NCBI RefSeq assembly: GCF_009914755.1
Contig: NC_060945.1
Strand: one strand, 5' to 3'
DNA: 64,000 bases
From: the human T2T-CHM13v2.0 reference genome, Homo sapiens
Shown: piece by piece, positions 1 to 14,188 of the stretch
Numbering within the stretch: position 1 is the stretch's first letter
Layout: every line of letters starts with the position of its first letter
The notes under the pieces: model-generated
The model's database searches: none
What the model saw: the letters and a program-made list of their open reading frames with translations, nothing else
Told to the model about the DNA's origin: nothing
Made by a program: the position numbers and the translations under genes

Positions 1-610
1 AGTCTCCACACCTCCTTGCTTCTTCCTTCAAATCTGTTCTTCAGTCTCTCTCATCATTCCCCAATTCAAAGCACTGTATTAACTCCTCTTCGTTATTTGT
101 TTGAGGTTTAAATGATATCATTTTGCATATAGGGCTTTTCATAATTAGGATCCTGGATAACCCTCCAGTCTACTTTTCTCCTTCCTTCCCTCCTTCTACT
201 TCACATTATGCTAAACTGCTTTTAGTTCCTCCAATGTCTATGCTGCTGCATATTTCTCTACCCAACTCTCATTGTCAATCTAACTTCAGAGTTTTGCCTA
301 AATAGACCTTCCTTCAGGATGCCTTCTCTAAATTCACAAATCTCAAGTAGTTGCCTCTCTATATATTACCACACCCTCTCCTTCTCTCTCTCTTTCTCTC
401 TCTCTCTCTCCCCCCCACCATCTCTCTCTCTCTCTCATTTCTAAATTTCCTGACTGCTTACCCATACTGCTAATTAAACTCCAAGCACTATGAAGTTAGT
501 GAGAATATCTAAATTATTATTATCTCCCCAAGAATATCTAGGACAATGACTGACACAGTAATATTTGATAGATGGATTGATTGATCGATTGAAGGAAAGA
601 TGGATGGATG
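1..610 (+). mobile_element. Degenerate LINE-2 3' region
   Basis: Pyrimidine-rich run ending in an L2-like terminus (aagaatatctaggacaatgactgacacagtaatatttgatagatggattga); boundaries approximate. Confidence 0.5.
376..436. repeat. Interrupted (CT)n microsatellite
   Basis: Directly visible CT dinucleotide runs. Confidence 0.9.
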
Positions 611-1548
611 ATTAAAACATGAAAGTTGAAAAATCTAAACTCAGACCTCTTTTTAAAAAAATAAATAAATAAAACCTCTCTGGACTGAGTTACTCCTTGC
701 TTGGTGCTTTTGATTTTAATACATTATCTCAGAAATAGCCTTAGTTTCTGTGAGTATAAAAAAAAAGTATAAAGAAGACTCACTGTGTCCCAAGTTTAAA
801 GCAAGGATTTTCCAAGAGATCATTATTGCTCTAGGGTTGCAATCAGCATGTTAATCACCTAATACCATGTTTGGAACTACACATGAATGGACAGGACCAA
901 AATTCCAAGACATCAAAGGACTCAAGTTGAATAATATCAACTTGAAAGTAATCAGAGAATGGTTAAAAAATGAATTGTCAGCAACTGAAGAATAACAGTG
1001 GGAATTAACCAGGACATGCTATGGGGCTATGACGGCAAATTGAATATGGGATGTATAAATAGCTACATAAGCCAAAATCAAATACTTGCTTCAGGCAGCC
1101 TTTAGACGTGACAGTTGGACAGTCCAGGAAGATTTCAAAGGTTTAAGAGAATAGATCTCGAGCAGATTAGGAAAGTCTGGATATTAATAGCAGCAAAATA
1201 TATGGAATAATAGGAGGTGAGATCAAAGATATTTTGCTATGCTTAAGCGCAGGAGAAGACTGAAAAACAAAACTATGGAGTGAAAAACTTGGAGGTCAAA
1301 GATACATACTCTATTTTCTCCAAATCAGCTTTTTTCATTCAAAACCAGCAATAGCCAAACAGCTTCAAAATGACTTTTTAAACTTTTTCCTTAAGTTATA
1401 CTTTAAAATTAAATAAAATCTCCACAGGAAAACTACTATTAGATATTTCCCTTTTGAAATGTGTAATTATAATGTCTTATGTTACAAATAAATAGGCACT
1501 AAAATGGCATTAATGGTAAACTCAATGTTAATCCAATTAAAAATAATA

Positions 1549-1919
<371 letters not shown>

Positions 1920-4164
1920 TTATTATTGCTTGTATTGTTTTGTTTTGTAAATGAAGACATCATCAAAGAGGAAATAGCTATTAATTTTTATCAATTTTGA
2001 AATCCTGCCTTTACATCTTCCTTCGCTGATGTCACCTCCACTTAGATCATTCAGAAAATAGTTGGCCAAGAAAATGACTATTCTTTATTTTTGTCCCAAA
2101 TGTTTTAGCTTATCTAATTCTAAAGATCCAAATCACCAGGTTATTGCAAATCTTCCACTTGATTTTTTCAGTATAAATTTGACCTACTAATGTTTAAAAT
2201 TCCTGAAGTACAGGAATGTGGTTCAGCTTTTCTCTGCTGTCACCTATGTGTCACACAATAACAAGAAGGAAAAAAAAAACCCTAAATGTTCAAAAAGTAC
2301 CTGTGGGGTAAACGAGTAAACCAAGAGTAAGAGAAATAAGTCCCTTAATCATTTGCTCACCTCGTGCCAGGTATAATGCCTAGGTGAAAAGAATGGTTAG
2401 AACATACTTGACCACCTGTCTTTTACCCATAATATCAAGCTACTAAATTGCTAATTTCTGAAAGGTCTGAGATACCTGGCCGTATCTTTTTGCCTATCTT
2501 TTTTGTTGATTTATTTTGAGGGGGTTCCACATTTTCTCATTATCTTTCTTTTCCTGCAGCAATTTGTGCATATAACTGCTTTTAATCCATAAAGTTGTTG
2601 TTACAAATAGTACTCTCTTTGATGAAGAACACTGTACTTGACAGGTTAATGATATTAAATTTTTTAATAACTTCCTATATTTAAATAAATAATGAGAAGA
2701 TGCAATTCATTTGTTTATTTTTAGTCCTTCAACCCTCTACAGGCAGTTAATATAGAGGAAGAAATTAAGGCAAACTCATTTCTGCCTCAGGAACTAGAGT
2801 TGAGCTCCTCTCCCAGTGTCAAATGTTTATTTGAATTTCCACACAGAATCAAGTGCCAATTATATTAAAATAATCTAGACACCTTCAAAATCTAAAGCCC
2901 CATTCATGGGATAAGTTGGAATCCAAAATTTATGGAAATAGTGATTTCATAGGTGTCTGTAGTAACTTGTTCCCTTGGCTAATGTGCCCATTGAACTAAA
3001 CAACACTGATGCAAAATTTTACGGGAAAATTATATTAGGTAGCCATAGGTGGAAACAACATCTGACTTTTCAGCTAGTTTCTCTTAAATAAAGAGCATTA
3101 AGTGTCATGAAGTAAAATCTATAATTAGATTTATGTTCCCCAAAACTAACACTCCAAAGTTTAGAAACAGGCATACCTGGTTATTTCAATTTATAATTTT
3201 TTTTTCTTGGAATTCTTTTTTGAATGCAGGGTATTTTTCTACAGTTCTTTGACTTAATATTCTCTGAGGGTAGATTTTTCTGTGTGCATTTACTCATTTG
3301 TTTGATTTTGGTTTTGCTCAGTAAAAAGATACTTTATCTAATTTCCTTTCCATATTTCCATTTGCTTTGTAAAATTAACTTAAAGCATGTGTACAGACTT
3401 GGATGAAACTCAAAGTAGAAATACATAACTTTCTTAGTGAGAAATGTAATTTGGTTTTTATAAAACAGTGTATCTTTTTTAATTGATGGACAAGTTTTAG
3501 AAACCACATATTCTTGGTTTGTGGCTATACTATCTAATTTTCTAAAATAGATTCATCTAGTTGCTCTCTGTATATACTAGTTGTGACATTCCCTTGTCGT
3601 TTCACAACTTTTTTAAAAAAAACTTGGCATATAAGAGTTCCCCTCCCTTAGGTATATTTATTCAAACTTGGATGGTGTGACAACAGGTATCAGGATTTTG
3701 CTACAGACACAGAAAAAAACTTGAGTCACACTCTTGTTTTCTTGAAGTTACCAGATGGTGGTGGCTGGCTGCTCCTCACTTAGGTATGAATGTTCAAAAT
3801 TGTAACTTTTGTTTAAGGCAGAACAAAAATTTTAAACCTGTTATTTGGAAAGGTGTTTTTTCTGAGCAACCTTAAGAAAACGAATGCCCTGGAAAATCTT
3901 TATTATTGATTCATAACATTCATTTTTAATAGATTTTATATCCTAGCTCATGTTTCACATTTTACACCATCTTCTTCTCAGGCCTGAAGGTAAAATTCTC
4001 ATGGCTGCCTATCTCTGGCCAGTGATTTTCTTTCTCTCTATTCTCTTTCAGCAACAGTTTAATCAAAGGGAAGGCAGTTTACTTTTTCAGACCCTCTGCT
4101 CCCATAATGACTTCCATATCTTTTATTAAATGTAGTAGGAGAAAAATTAAGCACTGTTAAACAG

Positions 4165-4305
4165 GGATAGATGTTGGTCAAAACATAAAAAATGATTTTA
4201 ATCAGTTACAATTTTGAACGTTTAAGGGAGAATAAGTTCAAGATATCTGTTGTAAATCATGGTGACTATAGTAAAACAACAATGTATTTTAAAGAATAAA
4301 ATAAA
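4165..4305 (+). mobile_element. L1MA-type 3' UTR fragment
   Basis: ggagaataagttcaagatatctgttgtaaatcatggtgactatagt...aacaatgtatt resembles L1MA 3' ends. Confidence 0.6.
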
Positions 4306-5169
4306 AGCTCTTATAGCATGACTCTGTTTTACATATCCAGAATCATTGAGATATTTGCATAAAGTGTCATAATTTCCCCTCTCCCTTTGGCTTTCTTATC
4401 CAGGCGCACTTGATTTCCACTGATATCAACTCCTTTAGCCTATTATGAGTGCATCTATACCCCTCTTTCTCTGACACTCTATTCCCAGCCTTTTCTCTTT
4501 CCGACATGCTCCTTTTCCAGCATTCTCTGCCTTGCTTTGGCATTCTTTCTCCAAGCCCACTCTCTTCTCTTCCTCTCTCTTCAAACTCCCATATACCTCC
4601 TCCGTTCTCATTTCTGCTGAATTGCTGATGGGATTTTCAGCTCCCATTCAACAATTTTTGTTTCTTTTCTTTCTGCCAATCTAGATATGAAATTTGGCCT
4701 CTTTTTTCTTGAATTTTACTTAAATAATAATAAACAAAAACACCCACAAATACAAAGTATATAGTAGATATTATTGAATGTTTTGGTGTCAGAGTTCTAT
4801 ATCAAAGTCATGCAAATACCTTAAAATTAAATATGACATATCCCCACTCTTAAAATTTTTTCAGCCAGTCTCATGTACCACTATAACCTGAGCTCACTCC
4901 CCCTACACACAATTTCAAGCTAATTTTTCATGTAGAGGAATTCAGCGATATTTTTGTAATCCTTATCACTTGCTAACTCATGCCTTGTTTTCAAGCCATG
5001 CCTTGAAAATCTCACTTTCAAGCCCCAAGCACTTAACGTTATTTTCCTTACTTATTAAAAAATAGTGTCATTTCTTAAGATCATAATCTTTTACTACTAT
5101 AAGTGACATTTTAACACTTTATAATGTCTTCAAAATAATGATTAACTCTATTCACATTATGTATCTTAA

Positions 5170-5603
5170 TTATGAAAACTGCATAGTAAGGAATTACATT
5201 CAGCTGGAAAAAAATGACAAATTAAGGTGTTTACTTGTCTTACTTGAAGGGAGTTCAGAGCTAGGTTGCTGTGGCAGGTCTGAATGTGTTCAGGAATCTA
5301 GGCTTCATCTTCTTTCCACTCAGATGTCATTAACATCATTGTCACCTCATAGTCACAAGACGCATGTCCATCCTGAACATTACATCAATGTCCCAGGCAG
5401 GAAGATGGGAAGACAAAAGACAGAAGGTATGTGCCAACTTAACCTGGCTGTCTTGAGCTTTGATGGAAGCACCACCAGTATTTCCACTTATATCTCATTC
5501 TGTAGATCTGTTTCACAATGGAGGTACATTGTTACCCTCAACTAAACTGAAGTCCTGTTGTTAGGGAGAAAAGATTTTGACTATAGGGTCATAGTGTCTA
5601 CCA
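5170..5603 (-). mobile_element. Old MaLR LTR (MLT1K/L-like)
   Basis: Motifs such as tttccacttatatctcatt...tcacaatgg and terminal tgtctacca. Confidence 0.55.
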
Positions 5604-5803
5604 AAATAAAAGTTCTAATTCTTACAATTTCATTGAAAACCTATCTATTCTTCAGCTCATAACAAGGATCAGATCATATGGTTTTGGCATAGTGTATTGT
5701 AACTTTATATACCTTGTACTATTTTAAATCGTTAAACAACATATTACTTGCAATGGTCAGTATGGATGAATAATTTTGATGGTTTGCAGGTGCACGTCTT
5801 GGA

Positions 5804-6019
5804 CTAGGTTTATCAACCTTATTGCTATTAATATTTGGGTCAGAAAATTCTTTGTTATGGAGGCTGTTCTCTGCCTTGCAAAATGTTTAACAGCACCCCT
5901 GACTTCTACATGCTAGAAGCCAGTAGCCCTCCCCACCTCTAGTTGAGACAACGAAAAATGCCTCCAGATATTGCCCATGCTCTCTGGGAGGAAAAAATGT
6001 TGTTGGCTGAGAAACACTC
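5804..6019 (-). mobile_element. MER20 (hAT-Charlie MITE)
   Basis: Reverse complement matches MER20 along its length (tgtttaacagcacccctgacttctac...atgcctccagatattgcc...gagaaacact). Confidence 0.85.
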
Positions 6020-6029
6020 TCTTGGATGG

Positions 6030-6191
6030 ATGAGATTTTTTTTGTAATGGCATTAAAATTACCTGGGATGTCTTTTAAAAAAGACTCTACTCCCAATTTT
6101 CTGATTCAGTGGATATTCTTTGAAGCTTCCTAATTTGTTTTCATTAAGTCCCTTGTATAATTCTGACACATACCCAAGTTTGGAAATCATT
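6030..6191. mobile_element. MER5-like hAT MITE remnant
   Basis: aattacctggga...ttctgattcagtgg...ataattctgacac...aagtttggaaatcatt. Confidence 0.5.
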
Positions 6192-6496
6192 ATATCATAC
6201 AAAGGCTAAATTACCCAGCAGTCAAGATGGAGCCTGTCACTTAGACAAATGATAAAAGGGAAAAAGCTAGAAGCACTTGGAACCAGGCTTGGAGAGACAA
6301 CCTCTGTTGAGGTCACCCACAAAGGAGCACAGCAAATTGTCTAAGTCATGGTGTCCAAAGGAAAAAGGTGCTCTCAGGATAGTACTTGTAGCTGAGTAGT
6401 ACTCTAAAACACTGAGAGTTATTACAATAGCTATTCAATCTTTCTGAACACAATTGGACAAGCATCAATATTATACATTTACAATTTAAAAGAAAG

Positions 6497-7018
<522 letters not shown>

Positions 7019-7179
7019 TTATAACGATCACATAAATGATAATTATGGTAATATTACCATTAATAATATTAATGACTTCATTATAATGAAGTAAAATTAT
7101 CAAATTTTACACTTAAATAGAATCAATAGGAAAACAGAAAGTTTATTAAATGCCTGAGAAAAGAGTATACAGAAAAACA

Positions 7180-9245
7180 AATATACATATTATATAATAT
7201 ATGTATCTACATACACACGTACAACATTATACTCACAAGCAACAACTAGTTAGAAGATATGATGGAAGATTCCATTTATGATGGCAATAAATATCTAAAA
7301 ATAAAATTAAGTAAATGTGAAAATTTATATTTAGGAGACTAAAGTGTACTGGAATGAATAAAAGTATAAGTCTGCTTCTTGGATAAAAAGACTCAACATC
7401 ATAAAGATAAATATTATCCCTAAGCTAATCACTAGCCATACATTTTTCTAATTAGCAAGGTGATTCTAAAGATTACGAACAATAATAAAGTAAGAACAAT
7501 GTAGCAGATAGCACTACCAGATATTAAAACAGATTTTAAAGGTTAAATGATTTAAAGTATGTTGTTAGTGCATGAGTAGAGAGAATCATGAAAGAAACAG
7601 ACTAAGATGAGAAATATGCAAAATACAAATGGGAATTTGTAACATGATTAAAGTGCCATTCTAAATCAGTAGAAAAAATAATTATCATTCACTCTATGAG
7701 AAGATCAAGGATTTAAATTTCAAAAATAAAACCAAAAAGTAATTTTAAACAATCAGTAAATTTTCTGTTTAAAACAAGGAAAGACCTTTTTAGCATACCA
7801 TCAAATCTGTAAGCTATTAAATAAAAGACAAATACATTTGACTCTTTAAAAACTAAAATAAAAAAATATGAATTAAAATACCACCATGAACAGAGTCAAA
7901 GGCAAATGTCCAATTGAGGGGAAGATGCAGCCTATAGACAAAGGACAAATTTCTACAGTATGTAAACAGCTTTACAAATCAACAAGATACATTGGCCAAT
8001 CTTACTGAAAAAATGAACACAAGATATGAACTAAAAGTTCATATATAGAGAAATAAAAGTGGTATTTTTAAAATGTGAAAGATGCAAAATTTTACTTATA
8101 ATAAGATAAATGTGAATTAAAAGACAATTGAGATACCACTTTCTATCTGTGTAACAAACATCCAAAAGCCTGATAACAATGGAAAAATCTGGACTCTCAT
8201 TCATCACGGGAGGATGACTTGCTCTATCTTTTTTGTGAGCAATTTTGAAAAATCTGCTAAAATTATCATTGTACAAACTCTTTGAACCAATAATTCCACT
8301 TTAGAAATTTACCATGTAGGTACACATGTATTCGTTTTCTATTGTTAACATACTTGTATTGGTTTTCTATCACTGCTGTAACAAATTGCCACAAATTTAA
8401 ACTTCAGCATACACATTTATTATCTCACAGTTCTGTAGGTCAGAAGACAGATGGGTTTGGCTGTTTTTTTTAGTTTAGAATCTCTCAAGGTTTTGACAGG
8501 GCTGTACTTTAATCTGAAGCTTCTGCTTATTCAAATTCTGCAGAATTCAGTCTCTTGCAGTTCTAAGGAAAAGAACCCCATTTATTTATATATCCATTCA
8601 TTCATTCAATTATTCGTTGATTGATTTATTTGTTGTTGACTGTCAGCTAAGAAGAGTCACCAGCTTCTAAAGGCTACCTGCCTGGAGTCCCTGAATTCTG
8701 ACTCACTTCTTCTATCTTAAAAGCCACAAAGATGGGTCAAGTTCCTCTCATGTTTCAAATCTCTTCTGCCTCTGTGTCCATATTGTGTCACTCTGACTGA
8801 CCTCTTCCAGTCAACTCAAGTTGCAAAAGTTCCTCTTCCACTTTTAAGAACCTGTGTGATTACGTTAGGCCCACCTAGGTAATCTTCCTATTTGACGATC
8901 CATGACCATAATTTCATCTGCACAATTCCTTGTACCATGCAATATAACATGCATACAACATAGCCCTAGAGGTTGAAAATTATAGGGTTAAACTTCTCCC
9001 TACCATATTGATATATATTCAAAACTATTTACAGCACCACTGTTGGCAATAGCAAAAATAAATGAAAACAATCTAAAAATCCTCCAAAAAGGACAGATTA
9101 AGGATATTATGGGAACTCGTACAATGGAACATTATTCAATTGTGAGTAAAAATTGAGGAAGAGCCCTATTTTCAAATACAAAAAGCTCTTAAGGACTCGT
9201 TAAGTGAAAAAAGCAATGAGCAGAACTATGCATACTATGCTACAG
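7180..9245 (+). mobile_element. Ancient L1M (L1ME-like) ORF2/3' fragments
   Basis: A-rich with degenerate L1 motifs (cttggataaaaagactcaacatcataaagat, gagataccactttctatct, tttgaaccaataattccacttt); interrupted by an MLT1 LTR. Confidence 0.65.
8356..9007 (-). mobile_element. MLT1D/E-like MaLR LTR
   Basis: tgtattggttttctatcactgctgtaacaaattgccac...ttatctcacagttctgtaggtcagaag...aggcccacctaggtaatctt. Confidence 0.8.
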
Positions 9246-10064
9246 AATTTTTTTTCTAGATAAACAAAAGGAAAAGAAAAGTAAATATAAGATTTTTGTT
9301 TAAAACTGAGACTGATTCTTTCAAGCAGAATAAAAGATATTTAACAGACTTGTAATTTTCATAACATGTAAACTTATTTCAAACAAAATTTTTAAAAAGA
9401 GAGTTAAATAAATTTCTTTGTGCATTTTGGTCTCTGTGGTTTTATTGTTGCTATTGTTGTTCATAGTTAGATACAGGTAAAGAAGGAAAGCTGGTCTAAA
9501 ATTAAAATGAGCTATGGAATTGCCTGCCACAAAAAGCTATATATCCTTCACAGGTTTTAACCAAGTATTTCATTTTCTCCTTCAGTTCCTTATGCATACT
9601 ATGTATGAGCTGTTACTGCCGCATCTCTAAAGATATCTTAATAACTAATAAAAACTGCAAAATGTTACTTTAAATTAAATCATCACAGTATTATTGGCCT
9701 TCAACCAATATTTTTAATGAAAGCATATTGTATAGCTGAATTACAAATTTGAAGCCTCTAGTTGACAAAATTGCAAAAGGAAAAACTCACATCTCAGAAA
9801 GTGGCATTTTATGGAAGCCTTCAAAAAATATGGGGGAAAAGCAATCTATCTTTCTCAAAAAAAGCTGTTTACTTTTACTTTATTTGTTTTTGAGCGAATT
9901 TAAAATCACATTTACTTGTTTCTCTTCTCATTGCCTTTTTGCCTATCTCATTGATATTTCAGGCTCAATAGATCCAAAGTCAGAACATGTTCCTTTCTCC
10001 CTACCACCTAACCCCAAATGTATCCCTTTTCTTAATGTCTCTGTCTCTGTTAATATTATATATC

Positions 10065-10487
10065 TGTCTTAGTTTGCTCCAAATACCACAACAAAATACC
10101 ACATACTGGGTGGTTTAAACAACAAAAAAACCATTTTCTTACATTTCTAGAGGCTAAAAGTCCAAGATCAAGGCACTGGCAAGGTTAGTGTCCTCTGAGG
10201 ACTCCCTCCTAGGTTTGCAGGTGGCCACCTTCTTGCCACGTTCTCAGGTGGTCATCTCTAGGTACACGTGCACAGGCACCCCGTTCTCTCTCCACTCTCC
10301 ACTCTCTGTATGTGTCTTGATCTTCTCTTCTTATAAAAATAACAGTTAGATTGAATTAGGACCCTCTCTGAAAGCCTATTTAACCTAATTACCTCTTTAA
10401 AGGTCCTGTCTCTCACATTCATAGGATACTGGGGGTCAGAACCTCGACATAGGAATTCTAGGAAACACAATCCAGCCCATAATAACA
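10065..10487 (-). mobile_element. MLT1A0/MLT1B-like MaLR LTR
   Basis: tgtcttagtttgctc...aaaataccacatactgg...aagtccaagatcaagg...acacaatccagcccataa. Confidence 0.85.
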
Positions 10488-10957
10488 TCCAAATATTCTA
10501 ATCACTCAAGAAGGGCTGATGCCGTTTGACTCCTTCCTCTCTTTACCTCTTTCCATTCAAATAGGTTTTGTACAGATTCTACTATGTCACCTTTTTGTAC
10601 TCTCCATTTCTACTCTAATGGAGATTTCTTATTTGGACTAATTCCTACAGCATGTTAACAAACTCTCCAATACTGCCTTACACTTTGCCAATAGATCTGT
10701 CTAAAAGTTTGCAGTGATAATTCTATATAAACTCAAAGACCTTCAGTGACTATTACATTATTTTCTAATGATTGCCTAATAATTACTTAAACTGCTTTTT
10801 AAAAATGTCTTTTAAGGCCTATTCTCATCTCTTTCCTAAGCCTCTAATGTTATGTCCCATGATTTCCCTGTAGAGACTTTAGTCTTAGAACAGTGTGTTC
10901 ATACTGTGCAGAAATAATTATTGGCGAATCATGACACTAATTTTGGCCAGCATTTAC

Positions 10958-11031
10958 GAATAGAATAGAATAGAATAGAATAGAATAGAATAGAATAGAA
11001 TAGAATAGAATAGAATAGAATAGAATAGAAT
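10958..11031. repeat. (GAATA)~15 pentanucleotide microsatellite
   Basis: Perfect GAATA units directly visible. Confidence 0.97.
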
Positions 11032-11800
11032 GGATCAGAGTAATATTAAAGAGTATCTAGATATTCATCCACATTATAAAGTTTTAGTTCAGGCCTCTTT
11101 TTCTTCTCCATCAAGTTATTCCTTGAGGCTTCCCTGAACTTTTTATTTTATGCCTTTCTCTGAATATTTTCCAGACATTATTACCTTATAGGTAATTAGA
11201 TTGTACAACACATGAATATAAATTACATTTATTTTCCCAAGCAATAACTGAATTCTGTGCACAGAAGTCCTTATTTTCTGAAATCTTTCCTCTGACTCTT
11301 GACTCACAGGTGGGTTCAAAACCTGGGAATGTGCCACGTGGTGACTCTGCACAGCAGCATGACAGCAGTTAAGGCATTAAAAACACCACATTCCCCAACA
11401 TTTATCAGAGTTTGAAACCTCCTAAGCACCCATTTTGAATTTTACACTGGGCAATTTAAATGTAACACTGAATGGACCTGAACTATTAGTCATGTACAAG
11501 TGCTGCTGTAAGTACTTAAAAAGATTTGTGTTGGTTAAACATCCACAGAGCTAGGGCGCTGCAAACCAACCAACAAAACAAAAACCTAGGAGCCAAAGTC
11601 TTCCTGACTGCTGGGAACAGAAGTGAAGTTTGGCTGTTACAGCAAAAGACTTAGTGGGATGGGAGGACCCTTTTATGGTAAAATAAGGTGAGAATACAAC
11701 ACAATATCTGGTCTAGACAGGGAAGGGATATAAATAACAGCAAATTATTTCTGATGGATTTTATTTTTTAAAGGAAATTTCAAAATAAATCAATGCTATA

Positions 11801-12475
<675 letters not shown>

Positions 12476-13440
12476 CATATCATTGAAATTAATTTTAAAC
12501 TCTTTTATCCATCCAATGATGTTGCAAAGTCCATTTGATTGGCACCTGCATGTGTCCCAGAAACCAAATGAACTGATTTGGGTTACCTCTATCCTGCCAC
12601 TCCTTGCTCTATGTATATTTTGAGTAACACTAAAGAAATCACTGAGGCAGAGAGAGGTTTGTCTTCCACTAGTCAAAACATGGGCACATGTGTGAAGACT
12701 ATTTTTATTTAAAAAAAAAAATACATAGAAACATTGGATGAGGAATTAAAAGTGGTTCAAGTTAACCATAGTGCATGTCATCAGAACTTTGGGGGCATTG
12801 AGAGTTTTGGCCACACAAGATTTGTGCTTGAAAGAAAATGTGCAGACCACAAAAAATAAAGAGTACACACTTCAAATTACAAGAAAATTTATATTTTAAA
12901 TTGTGTTCAATATTATCAACAAATTACAAGACTAATGCTTACACATTTATGATTTAAATGGCACCAAATTTTTCATTATAGCTAAGAATAATTCTTCCAC
13001 TGGCCATTTATTTCTTATATTATCTAGGCTGATTATTCCTCAGTTAAAATTCCCCATTTCTCATATTATCCAGTCTGATTATCCCCCAGTACTAAAGTGC
13101 TATGTCAAAATATTGGGTATTTTCCTTATGAGGCCACTGTTAATATACATGTAGTAATTTGAAACAGCCTCTTGAGACTTATACAATTGGAATAGGAACA
13201 GCTCCAGTCTGCAGCTCCCAGCGTGATCAATGCAGAAGACAGCTGATTTCTGCATTTCCAACTGAGGTACCTGGTTCATCTCATTGGGACTGGTTGGACA
13301 GTGGGTGCAGCCCACAGAGGGTGAGCTGAAGCAGGGTGGGGCATCGCCTCACCCGGGAAGTGCAACGGGTTGGGGGATTTCCCTTTCCTACCCAAGGGAA
13401 GCCGTGACAGACTGTACCTGGAAAAATGGGACACTCTTGC

Positions 13441-13608
13441 TCAAATACTGGGCTTTTCCAATGGTCTTGGCAAACGGCACACCAGGAGATTATATCCCAC
13501 ACATGGCTCAGTGAGTCCCATGCTCAGGGAGACTTGCTCACTGCTAATGCAGCAGTCTGAGATTGACCTGCAAGGCAGCAACCCAGCAGGAGGAGGGGCA
13601 AACACCAT
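13441..13608 (-). CDS. LINE-1 antisense ORF0 homologue, 55 aa, C-terminally shortened; expression unknown
   Basis: MVFAPPPAGLLPCRSISDCC...EPCVGYNLLVCR aligns with L1HS ORF0 (MAGAPPPASLPPCSLISDCC...); start context GCAATGG. Confidence 0.55.
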   Translation of the reverse strand: MVFAPPPAGLLPCRSISDCCISSEQVSLSMGLTEPCVGYNLLVCRLPRPLEKPSI

Positions 13609-14188
13609 TGCTGAAGCTTCAGTACATAAAGTGTCGGGAAGCTCGAACTGGGCAGAGCCCACCGCAGTGCAGCAAGACTGGCTGCCTCTATAGACTCCAC
13701 CTCTGGGGGCAGGGCATAGCTGAACAAAAGGCAGCAGAAACTTCTGCAGACTTAAACGTCTCTGTCTGACAGCTCTGAAGAGAGCAGTGATTCTCCTAGC
13801 ATGTTGTTTGAGCTCTGAGAACAGACAGACTGCCTCCTCAAGTGGGTCCTTGACCCCTGTGTAGCCTAACTGGGAGACACCTCCCAGCAGGGACCAACTG
13901 ACACCTCATACAGGTGGGTGCCCCACTACAAAGCTTCCAGAGGAAGGATCAGGCAGCAATATTTGCTGTTCTGCAATATTTGCTGTTCTACAGCCTCCAC
14001 TGGTGATACCATGGCAAACAGGGTCTGCAGCAAACTCCAACAGACCTGCAGCTGAAGGACCTGACTGTTAGAAGGAAAACTAAGAAACAGAAAGGAATAG
14101 CATCAACATCAGCAAAAAGGACATCCACACCAAAACCCCATCTGTAGGTCACCAACATCAAAGACCAAAGATAAATAAAACCACAAAG

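Noticed and set aside
922-945. Isolated 9-bp hairpins (also 27707-27732 and near 55795-55817)
   Set aside because: Single short stems in AT-rich DNA are near chance expectation, and intrinsic terminators are not relevant here
5138-5545. 135-aa ORF
   Set aside because: Lies over an old MLT1-type LTR with no domain similarity I recognise
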